Source: Mobula hypostoma
Taxonomy: Eukaryota
Reading direction: 5' to 3'
DNA: 64,000 nucleotides
NCBI RefSeq assembly: GCF_963921235.1
Contig: NC_086107.1
Span: 107,696,001-107,760,000 of the forward strand
Of the stretch, positions 12,601 to 24,600 are shown piece after piece. The notes below the pieces were generated by a model. It did no database searches. It saw only the letters and a list, made by a program, of their open reading frames with translations, and was not told the origin of the DNA. Position 1 is the stretch's first letter. Each line of letters starts with the position of its first letter. The position numbers and the translations under genes are program-made.

Positions 12601-15600
12601 TAGCTATGCTCAGCCAACTTCCTCAGCTTCCACAGTTGGTGAGTACCAGTTCTTTCAAAAAGAAGCCCACGTGTCCTAGTACTATGGCATGATGTGCTCT
12701 TTAATGGATGTATCTTCTCTGGTTGGACTCTATTATTATAGATCATTTACATAGAAAACTTGGTGCTGAAGAGCATTGCTGCCACAACTTTTAAGTGTGG
12801 CTTTGCACTTCATTTTGTGGCTCACTATCATTTTGATGTTTGTTCTTTGGCAATTATAGCTTTATTTCATTAAAACTCCAAAGCCTTGCATGTGATAATG
12901 GGTGGTATCTGAAAGGATGCACAGTACTCAATGCTTGGAGAGAAATGACAGATCTAAAGAGCTATTAAATCTATCCCCCATTGCCCTGCTCTGTGATTTG
13001 AAGACAAAGTAAAGAGGAGCAAGAATCTGGTCTTCCCTTTCATTGTGATTTCCTGTCTGTGGTTCACTGTGACTTCTCCCCACACAGGCTTACCAGCTGT
13101 TGCTTCAACAACAGCAGCAGCAGCAGCAGCAAGTTCTGCAAAACCAACGGAAGCTGTCTGCCGCCGTCCGACAACAACAAGAACAGCAAGTATGTGATGC
13201 CTTAGATGGGGAATCTGTTGCAAATTCTCTTTAAAATTTTTTCCCACAGTGCTGGGGAATATTTTTTATTCTTTTCGGGAGCTTTACAGGATAGATCTGG
13301 AGATGATATTTTCCATTAAGGAGTGTCTTGAACTAGAGTAAATGGTGTATTGTAACATCTATTGAGATACAGGAAAGAACTTTGCATGCTATCCAGGGGG
13401 ATAATTTTATATGTAAGTACATTGAGGTAATACAAAGAGGAAAAAAAAACAAGTGTAGAATCAGTGATAAAGATTTCAAAGGAAGTGTTCAATCATCCAG
13501 GCCAAAAATTTCACCACCCTGAGGGTAGGCAGTCTGCACCCAGCAAGTTTGTGGAAACCTGGTTGCTGAATATTCAATACAGATACAGAAATTTCAGAGT
13601 TAAAGAGATAAAAGTGATGTGGTTAGTGCAGGAATGCGGCGCCAAGGAATATGCGGAATATGTTACTGAATGGCAGAGCAGGTTTGAGAGGCAAATGTTT
13701 CTTACCCGAGATTCCTTGCCCTATTTATTACCCTCTTTGCTAGCAATTAAGCCAGGAGTGGTAAACCATCCAAACACAAAGGACACTCATGACTGGTGCA
13801 TTTCTGCGAAATAATTTGTAATTCTCCTGTCACAGTTTATAGTTTTGGTGGTGAAACAGAACAGATTTTATACGCTTTCTTGCGGCCAATCTGTGCTGTA
13901 GCAAAATGCCTTTTACCTGTTTGATATGGGTGATTGTACTATTAGTTCAATAGTATATCATGTACCAAACCAAATAAGATTGAAATATTAACAGAAATGG
14001 ATAAATTACAAAATTATCCTTCTGCCAGATTTCTGTCAAATAACATCCCCACTCAAGATGGTTGTATGGCCATTTACCTTGCAATATGAATTGGTGCAGG
14101 GATGGATGATGGCTGAGTCAGTGCATCCAGAGAAAGCTAGATGTTGCATCTGCTGCATAGATTCATGTGAGTCAGGGCAGCAGTGTTGTGACTTGTAGCC
14201 TTTGTGAAACTGAAAACTGCAGACATTGAAATTTTAAATTAAAAACAGGAATTGCTGAAAATACAGACTAACGTCCTCCAAGAGGATCACAAACCTTGTG
14301 TTTTGGAGGCTTATGTGCCTCAATGATCTGGAGAACTATATCGGTTGGAGTCAGAGCTTTATGATTTAAGCCTTGGTAAAGTCATGCCAAATAGGTCAAA
14401 GGGTAGAAGCCAGACTAGGAGTGGTCCACCAGTCCTCTAGGTTTGGGAGTTCAATTCTGAACTATAAAACTTGACTGGTAAAATAAAATTATGACAGAAA
14501 TGGCAATGATGAATCCTTCTACCCCTGAGTGTAGCAGTATTTCTGAGTCTCCACCTGGGACTTGCATGACTAACGGTAGTGAAAACTGAGGTACTGACAC
14601 AATGAAGGAACCCCTAAACACCACCAGAGATGGGGGACCTTCATTGGTGCTCTAAATGCCAGCGGTGGAACAGGGACAGTAGAGAGAGATACAAACAGCT
14701 TAAGCCAGCATTTAACACTACATAGTCATATGGTGAAGATTCACCAAACATTTTGAGTTCTGTTGCTAGTCATGTACTCTGAAACAACGAGAGTAGATGC
14801 TTAGCACTAGAAGGCCAGGCAAGTGTATTGATTTCAGTTGCATTTGGACATGATATTCTGTGGGGATAGTATGAGGAAGATCCAGTGTGGAATTGGAGGG
14901 TGCTATTGAATGGATCCTTAGCCTCAGGGAGAAGATTACATTTCATCATCTGCTCTTTAACTGCAATGTGATGGAATCACCCCAGTTTCCCTCAGTTGAA
15001 GCCACTTTGTGTTCAGATGCCAAGATAGCTTTTAGCACAACACTATCTCAGCTCGGGGTGTTGGAGTTCAGAATTTAATTCACGTGCCACCTGTAAGGAG
15101 TTTGTATGTGATTTGTTATTGAAGAAACCATGAGTCCTGTCCTTGTAAGGCAGATCCTACAAGAGGCTTGTATGCTTTACTACCCAGAAGAAGTAAATGC
15201 AATTATAGAATTTCATCCCCTTTGACATTTTCATGGACTGTATCTGGTAATGCAGCATTTGCTTTCTTAAGCATTGTTTGATGTGTCAAAACACGGTACT
15301 TTGAGGAGAATCCAAGATTTACAAGAAACTGTAAATGCTGGAATCTGGAGGAACAAGCAACCTGCTGGAGGAACCTAGCAGGCTGAACGGCATCTGTTGT
15401 TTGGTCCATTGTCCAGATGACCTGAGTCCTGATGCAGGGTTTCAAACAATTCCCTTCCTCCAGCATATGCTGATTGATGTGCTGAATTCCTCCAGCAGAT
15501 TATTTTGAAGCTTGTAAACTGGCATACTGGCTGAGATGGAGGAGCTGACTGGATAGAGGGAAGGGAAAACCTGAGATGAGACCAGTGAATAAAGGAAGAC

Positions 15601-18600
15601 CTGAGATATTGAACTTGTACTTTTCCTTTTCCATAGCTTGTTCGTATTGTTAGTGCCCTGCAGCAGCAACAGCAACAACAGCAGCAGCATCGACACAACA
15701 GCACCCCAGGGATGAAGCATTCTCCATCACACCCTGGCATGCCCAAGCAACATCTGGATAATGTGCCTAGTTCTCTTCCCTCTGGCCTTCCAGACTTCCA
15801 GACCAAAGGACAGATTCAGCCAGGCTACCCAATGGGTGAGTTCCTTCATCGGGTTGTTTTGTAATTTTGCTGCTGTTTAAAGCATTTTCTTAAACTTTTA
15901 CAAAGCTTAAAAGACCATAAGACATGGGAGCAGAATTAGGCCATTCGACCCATTGAATTTTTCTGCCACTTGATTATGGCTGGTTTATTTTTCTTCTGAA
16001 ACTCATCATCCTGCCTTCTCCCCATAGAGACCCTCGCTAATCAAGAACCTATCAAAAACTACTTGAAATATACCCAATGACTTGATCTCTACAGCTATCT
16101 GTGGCAGTGAATTCCACAGATTCAGCACCCACTGGCTAAATAAGTTCTTCCTTATCTATGGTCTAAAGGGATATCCTTCTATTCTGAAGTTCTTCCCTCT
16201 GACCCTAGAATCTCCCTTTATTGGAAACGTCCTCTTCACGATAACACCATTTAGTAGATTTTGGTGAGATCTTTCCTTACTCTTTTAAACTGCAGCAAGT
16301 ACAGGCTCAGAGCCATCAAGTACTCCACTCATTTCATTTCCGGAGCTATTCGCATAAACCTCCTCTTAACCCTCTTCATTGCTGGCACATTTTTTTTTAA
16401 GATATGAAGCCCTAAGTGTTAGTGTTATGGTTTTGAAGTCCTCAGCAATAAAATACTTTTCACATTTCAGGCATGAGCTCAAACATGAACGTAAACCAGT
16501 TAGATGTCAACAGTATTGTAGGAATGAAAGAACCTCAGTCGCAACAATCACGGCTCAAGCAGTGGACGACTATGGATGGTCTCTCTCCTGCCACTCCACC
16601 ACCAGATCACAATCCCTTGAAAAATGGTAACTGTGCAGACATTATGTTGGGTGTATTGAACTCATTACTGGTTATTCTGTTTGCTTTTTCTCCTGCAGTT
16701 TACAACCTTTTAAAGCCAATATCTGTGTCACTTAATCACGGTTATTTTTGATGCCTTCTCTTTTCAACCATGGATGTTGTGTACTTTGCCTTTTGATCAA
16801 TTTCACCTGCTGGTTACAAACAATTTAAGCACAGTTTAGACATAAGTGCAATGAAACGCCCACATGTAATAAACTAGAGAGTTGGAGCCCAAGTTAAATT
16901 GCTGCTCAATTTGAAAATGCTAGATTGGACTGTGTTCCCCAGTTGACATTAGGTTGACTTAATGTAAAGTGAGCCTGCACTGTTGAACAATAACAATAGT
17001 TCAGAGAGTATGATTTCAAATTGATGTTGGATTGGGGAATCTGTAATGGCTTGCTAGTTAATAAAATTTCACAAGTTAGTTTTGACATCTGTGTTAAAAT
17101 CTTGGTATGTTTCATATGAAAAGTCTTGAGATACAAAGAAAGAAATAAAGATGCCTATTAACTTGTATCGCTACTCCTAAGGAAATGAGACAATTCTAAG
17201 ATGAAAAGTCTGGGTGGGGTAAAATTTGGCAGCCGTAAGAGTTAAATTTTTATTTACCTCCATTCTTATCAGGATCTCTTACTTAAAATGACGTTGTGAA
17301 TGATGCGGTGAGTTACATCGATAGACTGCTTTGGCAGCTGAGAATTTGTGCTATATCCAGAGCACTCCTCATGGAAACAATTACCTTTAGGATTCAAGTT
17401 GCATGTAGCTCTAAGTTCGTTTTTTTTTATTGGGAAGTGTGTTAGAGAGTTGGTTGTGAAAGTGGTTCATCTTAATATTTTTTGCTTGTTAAGTTTTGAA
17501 ATTCAGCTGAGTGAGACTATACCTTTGACCTGAAACTAGGAGCAAGCTTGGAGGACCCTGTCCCCTGGTATCACTCAGCCACCAGTCAGCACTGTAAAGC
17601 ACATCTCATTATCCAGTGCTGGTTAACAGGCGGGGGGGTGGGGGCATGTTCAGTTGTTTTTTCATGTATGTGTACATTCCCTTGAGTGGTTTGAATACAA
17701 GACATACAGAATTGTTTTTGAGATTTTTTGCTGGTTAATCAGCTGAATTGTGCATTACTAGTTTTGTAATTTTATGTTGTTTTGCAGGTGCTATTTCGAG
17801 CAGCATGGCGCCACCGGTGAAGCCTCGAGATAGCTTGCCCTATTATGAAATGATAGCAGGTGATTCCTTGGCCAGTCATTCTGGCCCTGCGAGTGATAAC
17901 TGGTCCACCCCTAAGCTCTCAAATGGTTCCAGCGGATCCAGTTGGCCTCCAGGTCTGAAATAATATGTAAACATTTTTTTTTAAGTAATACAAGACCCAT
18001 TGAATGTGGTCTCTTTGTGGTAAAACAGCTTCAGTTTGAATCAGTGGGATCGGCTAATCTATAAAACAGGAATTTAAGCTCTTAGTACTAATTTATGACT
18101 TTTAGCAAAGAATTGTATCATCATTTGAAGAGTAATCAGTGGTGGACCATAACCTGGGTTCAGTGCCTGTCGTGTCCCTCAGTTCTTCTTAAGTGAAAAG
18201 AAATCTGCAAAAGGTTATATTCTGTCAAACTTCCACTGAACTAGTTATTAGTACTTATCAACAATGAGTGGTCATTAGGAAACATCAAGGATGCCCACGG
18301 AAACTTCTCCTCGGAAAAGTGAAGTATACTTCACGTAAGTGTCTCGGGGCATCCTATTCCAATAGTAAAAGTTATCAGTAGTTCTGCTGTAGTATCAATT
18401 CTGATTCTTGAAGCAAACTTCTGATTTCTGGAACTAAGTACAAAAGTATTTAATTTGTCGGAAATGTTCTTTTACATGCTTGTTACTTAGAAGTGGAGTA
18501 ACAGTTTATCCTGATATTTATTCTTGGAATGTCACCAGTGACAAGGCCAGCATTACTCATTTATCTTAAAGTAACTTGCAAGGTAGTTTCAAAGGGCTTA

Positions 18601-21600
18601 TCCATTGCTTTGATTGTGGAGTTGCATACAGACCAGATGGGGCTTGCATACTTCCTTCCCTAAAAGCCATTCGAGAACCATGTGGATTAATTTTGTGGCC
18701 TCCATTACTGATGTATGCTTTTTAAATCCAGATTGATTTAAGTAACTGAATTTGAATTCCACAAAACCATCCAGTGGTGAGATTTAAACTTGTGTCTTTG
18801 GATTTCTATTTGAGACTTCTGAATTACTAGTCCACTGTGCTAACATATCCCATAATAGCAGCATTCATTATCCTTTTGGAAATTCCACAGATAAATATGA
18901 AATGAATGAGTGGCTACATCAGTCCATGTGTGACTGTGAAGCGAAATGTATTCCTTTGACTATCTTTTAAAGTTTGCCAGAAAATTTGACACCTTGGTCA
19001 ATACATTACTCCCTCAGACCTACTTTGAAACATCGTGTTAAATGACAGTCATTATGTGCCGTGTTTTAATGTCATTTTGTGTCTCGTGTATGCAGTAATA
19101 AAATTAATTAATGCATTCTCTTCCTCTACTTTAATTTTCAGAGTTCCGCCCTGGGGAACCATGGAAGGGTTTCCAAAACATTGACCCCGAATCAGACCCG
19201 TATGCGACCCCAGCGAGCATGATAAACAGCTCTGCAGCACCCCCATCCCCGGACTCGGAACACCAACTTCTCAGGGACAGGAGCACAGGTATAAGGGGCC
19301 TTACTGTTTATCATAGTTTTTTTTAGTGTTCCTTCGTATTAATTCTGAGAGACCTGAATGCCTATTCTACTAGGATAGAATATGCAGAACACCATCCTCA
19401 AGAAATAAGATGGACACTCTTGGGCATTGCAGGGTCTGTAGGTTTGCCCACAGTGGTGATCGTAATAATGTTATTGTGAAAGGGCATTAATATGGTAACA
19501 TTAAGCTCAAGTTGTTCATCTTTGAAGTGAATTCTCCATAATCTTTAACTATGCTCTTTTATCCACAGGGTCCAGTTCCTCCCTGAACACCTCGCTGCCT
19601 TCACCTGGTGCCTGGTCCTATAGTGCCTCAAACAGCTCCTACAGCACTGTACAGAGCACTTCAGGTTAGCAGTATTCCATTGAGCCATTCACTTAAATTC
19701 CTGTACCCCTCTGTGGATATATATTAACTGTTGTAATGATGGATTTGTATTGTTTGTGAGCCATATGTAAATAATGTGACGTTTACTGTGCATTGTAATT
19801 AAGCAGACTTATCTGTACGGTAAAGTCCATTGTTTTCTGCTGTATATTTGAAGAGGCAGTACAACATTAAATTGTTAGATTAGGCAAGAGCTTTAATATC
19901 AATTCTCATGTTTGCCCGTAACACTGTAGTTCTTTTCTTTATTCTTTATTATATTCCAGTCCCAGAATCTACTTCCTCAGTTTCCTTGTACAAACCAACA
20001 TTCCCCTTCAACTGCAAGATTTAATTCTGATCTCATTTTATTGTTTTCCTAATACAGGATTGCAAGGTGAATAAGTTATGAGACTGATTTGGCTATTGTT
20101 TTTATATTCTTTGCTAAAATGTAAGTAGGGAGTATACATGTGCTAAAAATAAGATTTTCTTTTAGCTTTAGACTTTTACATGAATCTTTTTTGACTTTAA
20201 GTATATTGTTCCATTTTCTGGTGTGGGGGTTCTGATCCAGTTTCACTGCTCCTTTAGTTGTGTGTTAACAGCATCCTCATCACATTATTGTTCCAGCCAA
20301 GTTCAGTGACTTCAAGTCTACGTGGTCTCCAGATCCAATTGGACATCCTAGGATGTGGAAAAATCAGATGTCATCTAAAAACACTAACCCGCCAACACGG
20401 CCGCCACCAGGACTGACCAATCAGAAACCTCCTTCATCTCCATGGGGTAGCGGAGCACCCCGATTCAGCAGAGGATGGGGCATGCAGGAGTCACGATATG
20501 CCCTTAGTGCGTACCTTGTCTGTTTTTCCCTCATCTTTGGTTCTGTCACTCCAGTTCAAAGTTATTTTATGTTATAAAATTCATTCTTCTGGGTTTAAAC
20601 TACTATTTTCAGTGTGCTTGCATAATCAGTGTAAGGAAATCCCAGGCCACGAGTTAGTGAACTCTGTTCACAGCTATACCCAGCTCAACTCTGGCTGCAA
20701 AATTACCCTGGAGGAATGATGACCTGCCTGCATAATCTAGACTGATCTATTACACAGTGATGGAGGACGTATTGATTAGGTTGTAAATTGGGTGGAGTGA
20801 TAGCATTTGCAATTTAATCACAACAAGTTCAAGGTGATACACTTTGGAAGATAACACTAGGAACAAGCTCTAGTGTATGACCATAGATCTCTAAAGATAG
20901 ATCAGGTAGTGAAGAAAGCATATGAGATACTGGTCTTCATTAGAATATAAGAGCAAGAAGGTTCTGATACAGTTTAATAAAACATTTGCAAAGCCACAGC
21001 TGGAGAATTGTGTGCAGTTCTAGTTGCCATTGTTACAGATAGGTCATGATTATAAAGGAGAGGGTGCAGAGGAAATGTACCAGAATGTTGCCTTGGTTGT
21101 GAGCAGGGTTTGGAGAGATGAGTTTGTTTTCCCTGGAGCAGAGGAGGCTGAGGGAGAACCTGATAGAGTTGTACAAAATTGTGGGAGACAGATGTCTGAA
21201 AGCAAAGGAAGCAGTTTAAAGATTCATCAAAAGGGTGTTTGCAATCTGCAGGGGCAGGTGCTCCCACCAGACTTGGGATGGCATAGTTACTGTAATGCTT
21301 TGCAGTGCCAGTGAATGGATCAGGGTTCAATTTCTGCCACTGTCTGTAAGGAGTTTGTGCATCTCTCCATGACTGCGTGGGTTTCCTCCAGGTGCTCCTA
21401 CAGTCCAAAAAGATGTATAGGTTGGGGTTAGTATGTTTTGGGCATGCTATGATGTTGGTACCAGAACTGCGTTTGTCGTTGCTGAAAACAATGCAAACAG
21501 CTGTATGTTTCAATGTACAGGTGACAAGTAAAGCTTACCTTTATATCTGATGAGCATTTGAATTGCCAAGATGTAAGGGGCCATGGACTAATTGCTAATA

Positions 21601-24600
21601 AATGGTATTAGTACAGATGGATACTTGATGGACGCATGCTCATGCTGGGTCAAAGGACTTGTTGCTGTAAAGTGTGACTAAAGATTGTATTATCAGATGT
21701 GTCCTTTAGAGCAGATGTTGAATCAAGGTTATTGATCCTCAAGTGGATGTGAATGAACAGACTGATTTCCTAGTCAGATAGATGATGCTGCTGTTTATGG
21801 GATTTAGCCATGCTTGTACTTCTCAGATTACTCACAGTAATTGCATATCAGACTTGCTTAAATCTAATTGAATGATGGAACAGTCTTGAAGGAGTGTGTA
21901 GCATCCTCATTTCAAATGTTCTATGATCTTAGACATGTAAATGTTATGAGTCTGCATTTAAGAAGTATTCATTGGCTGCAAAGTATTGTAAACTTGTGTA
22001 GGGATGCCCAAGTTTGTCCCTCCAAACTTGTCAGTAACTAATAACTGTGTCCTGACTTCAATTTCATTCTGCGTTAGCTCCCAGAGTTAATGAAATTTGG
22101 CAGTTCCCTTCTGTTACTTCGTAAATATTAATTGGGCTGCCTGTCTATTGCAAATTAAAAGCATTCTTTATTTTCAAGAAAAATGCACCTCATCTGCTTC
22201 TCTCTCTTTAGGTTCTAACTGGAGTGATGGCAATTCGGGTGGATCTGGTCGGGTCAGCTCCTGGCTTGTTCTTCATAATCTCACTCCACAGGTAATGAAA
22301 TTAGATTTATCAATGTCACAGAGCTGGCTGTGCTTCCTGGTGTGTCTAAAATGTTTTCTCTAGCATGTTAGTTAAGCCATAGTAGCTACTTATTGTCACC
22401 TGGCATTGCATACGAGTTTCTTGGTGTCCATCACTTTTTGAAAGTCAGCAAGTAAATGTTCCTGAACTTCTGCCAATTCATGAGTTTTAGAAACTGCTGT
22501 ATTATTCTATGATTCCATAAAAGGGATATCCCTGTTGTAAACTTTTTATTTTTCACTTTTCATTGAATGTCCATTATAGCATGTAGAATTGTATTTGATA
22601 TCCTATACGTTGCATAGAGATAAATTGAAATTGGAAACTAAATGAGACAGAGTGGAAGATCAGGCTGACACAAAGCCAGAGACAGAAGCAAAAGTCCAAA
22701 ATAAATTTTATTGTTAGTGTTGATATATGTTACTATATACAACCCTGAGATAGATTTTCTTGTGGGCATACTCAGCAAATCTATAAGATAGTAACAGGAT
22801 CAGTGAAAGATCAACCAGAGTGCAGAAGACAATAAACTACAAATGCAAATATAAATAAATAGTAATGAATAAAGCGAATATGAGATAAAGGGTCCTTAAA
22901 GAGAGATTGTTCGTTGAAGGTTCATTTCAATGATAGGGCAAGTGAGTGTAGTTTTTCCTTTTATTCAAGAGCCTGATGGTTGAGAGAATCTGCTGGAGAA
23001 AAGGAAAAGTCCAGGATTTCCTGAAGCTCTAAATTGAGGGCACTAAATCGCACAGCCTAGTGGTAGAAGTCTGACCATTAGAGATTGTTTGTCGTTGTCT
23101 ACTGGGCAGCCTGATATTTTCCAGCAAGAGTAGTGGAACTCAGTCCAGTAATTAACACAGGTTTGGATATCAATGTCTAAAGCAAACATACCAAATATTT
23201 ACAAATCCAATAAAAAAATATATGCTGCTAGACCTGCTGAGTATGAAAAAAAAGAGTAGATTTGTGAAACCTGTTCTGATGAACGGTTTTTGCCCTGAAA
23301 AGTTAACTATTTTTCCATGGATGTTTCTTGATCATTTGAGTATGTTCAGCAATTTCTTTTTCTTATGAATTGTGGAATACACAAATACTGAGATATCTGA
23401 AAATTAATTGAATTTGAATTCAAGACATTAATTGCCTTAGTAATCCTCCTACCAGTGATTTTTATGGAGAACTAGTGGGATATATCTGTTCTACTGATTA
23501 ATTGACTTGAGGAATAAAAGATGAAACCAAATTTTAATGCAGGGAGGCAGTCACACTGCACTGAAAAGGGCCCTTCAGTCCAAATAGTCCTTGCTAAGGT
23601 GCCTACACGAACCATGTGCCTATCCAAATAGCTTTCAAGAGTTGTTATTGTACCTGTCTCTACCACATACTCTATATTTAAAAACTTGACCCTCAAGTCT
23701 CCTTTAAATCAGAATCAGTTTTAATATGTTGTGAAATTTGTTACTTTTGCAGCAGCAGTACGATGCAATAGGTAATAGAGGAAAATGTGAATTACAGTAG
23801 ATATATATAGTTAAATAAGTAGTGCAAAAATGAAATAGTAGTGAGGTAGTGTTCATGAGTTCAGTGTCCATTCAGAAATCGGATGGCAGAGGGGAAGAAG
23901 CTGTTCCTGAATTGTTGAATGTGTGCCTTTAGGCTCCTGTGCATCCTTCCTGATGGTAGCAAAGAGAACAAGGCATGTCCTGGGTGATGGGAGTCCTTAA
24001 TGATGTTCGCTGCCTTTGAGGCATCGTTCCTTGAAGATACTGCAGAGGCCAGTGTGCACATGAAGCTAAATTTACAACTTTTTGCAGCTTAATTCAATTC
24101 TATGCAATAACCCCCACCCTCTCCTATACCAGACAGTGATGCAGCCAGTTAGAATGCTCTCAATGGTACACCTGTAGAAATCATTCTCCACTTTACCTTA
24201 AGCCTATCCCCTTTAGGTTTAGACTCCCCTACCCTGGGAAGAAAGGATGTGACCACCCACCTTATCTATACCCCTTGTGACTTTATAAACCTCAAAGGCT
24301 ACTCCTTATCCTCCTCTGCTCTAGGGAAACCAGATATGCTTCTCCACTCTCTTTTTAATTTGGGGCCCACCCAGCAGCATTCTTGTGAATCTTAAGTGAC
24401 CCATTCCATCCTTAGTTAACATTTTGCTTTTATATACCAACAGAATCTTTTAGGATTCTTCTTTATCTGCCAAAAATATCTTGTCCCTTTTTTTTGCCCT
24501 GCTGATTTTCTTGTTAAGCAGAATTCATATATCTGTCATACACCTCATGGGATTTCCTTGATCCCACCTCCAATTATCTCCTCCTTTTTCCTGACCAGAG

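Noticed and set aside
15375..15806. Minus-strand ORFs with poly-Cys / poly-Leu (also poly-Ala at 12954-13247)
   Set aside because: Antisense shadows of the CAG-rich TNRC6B exons.
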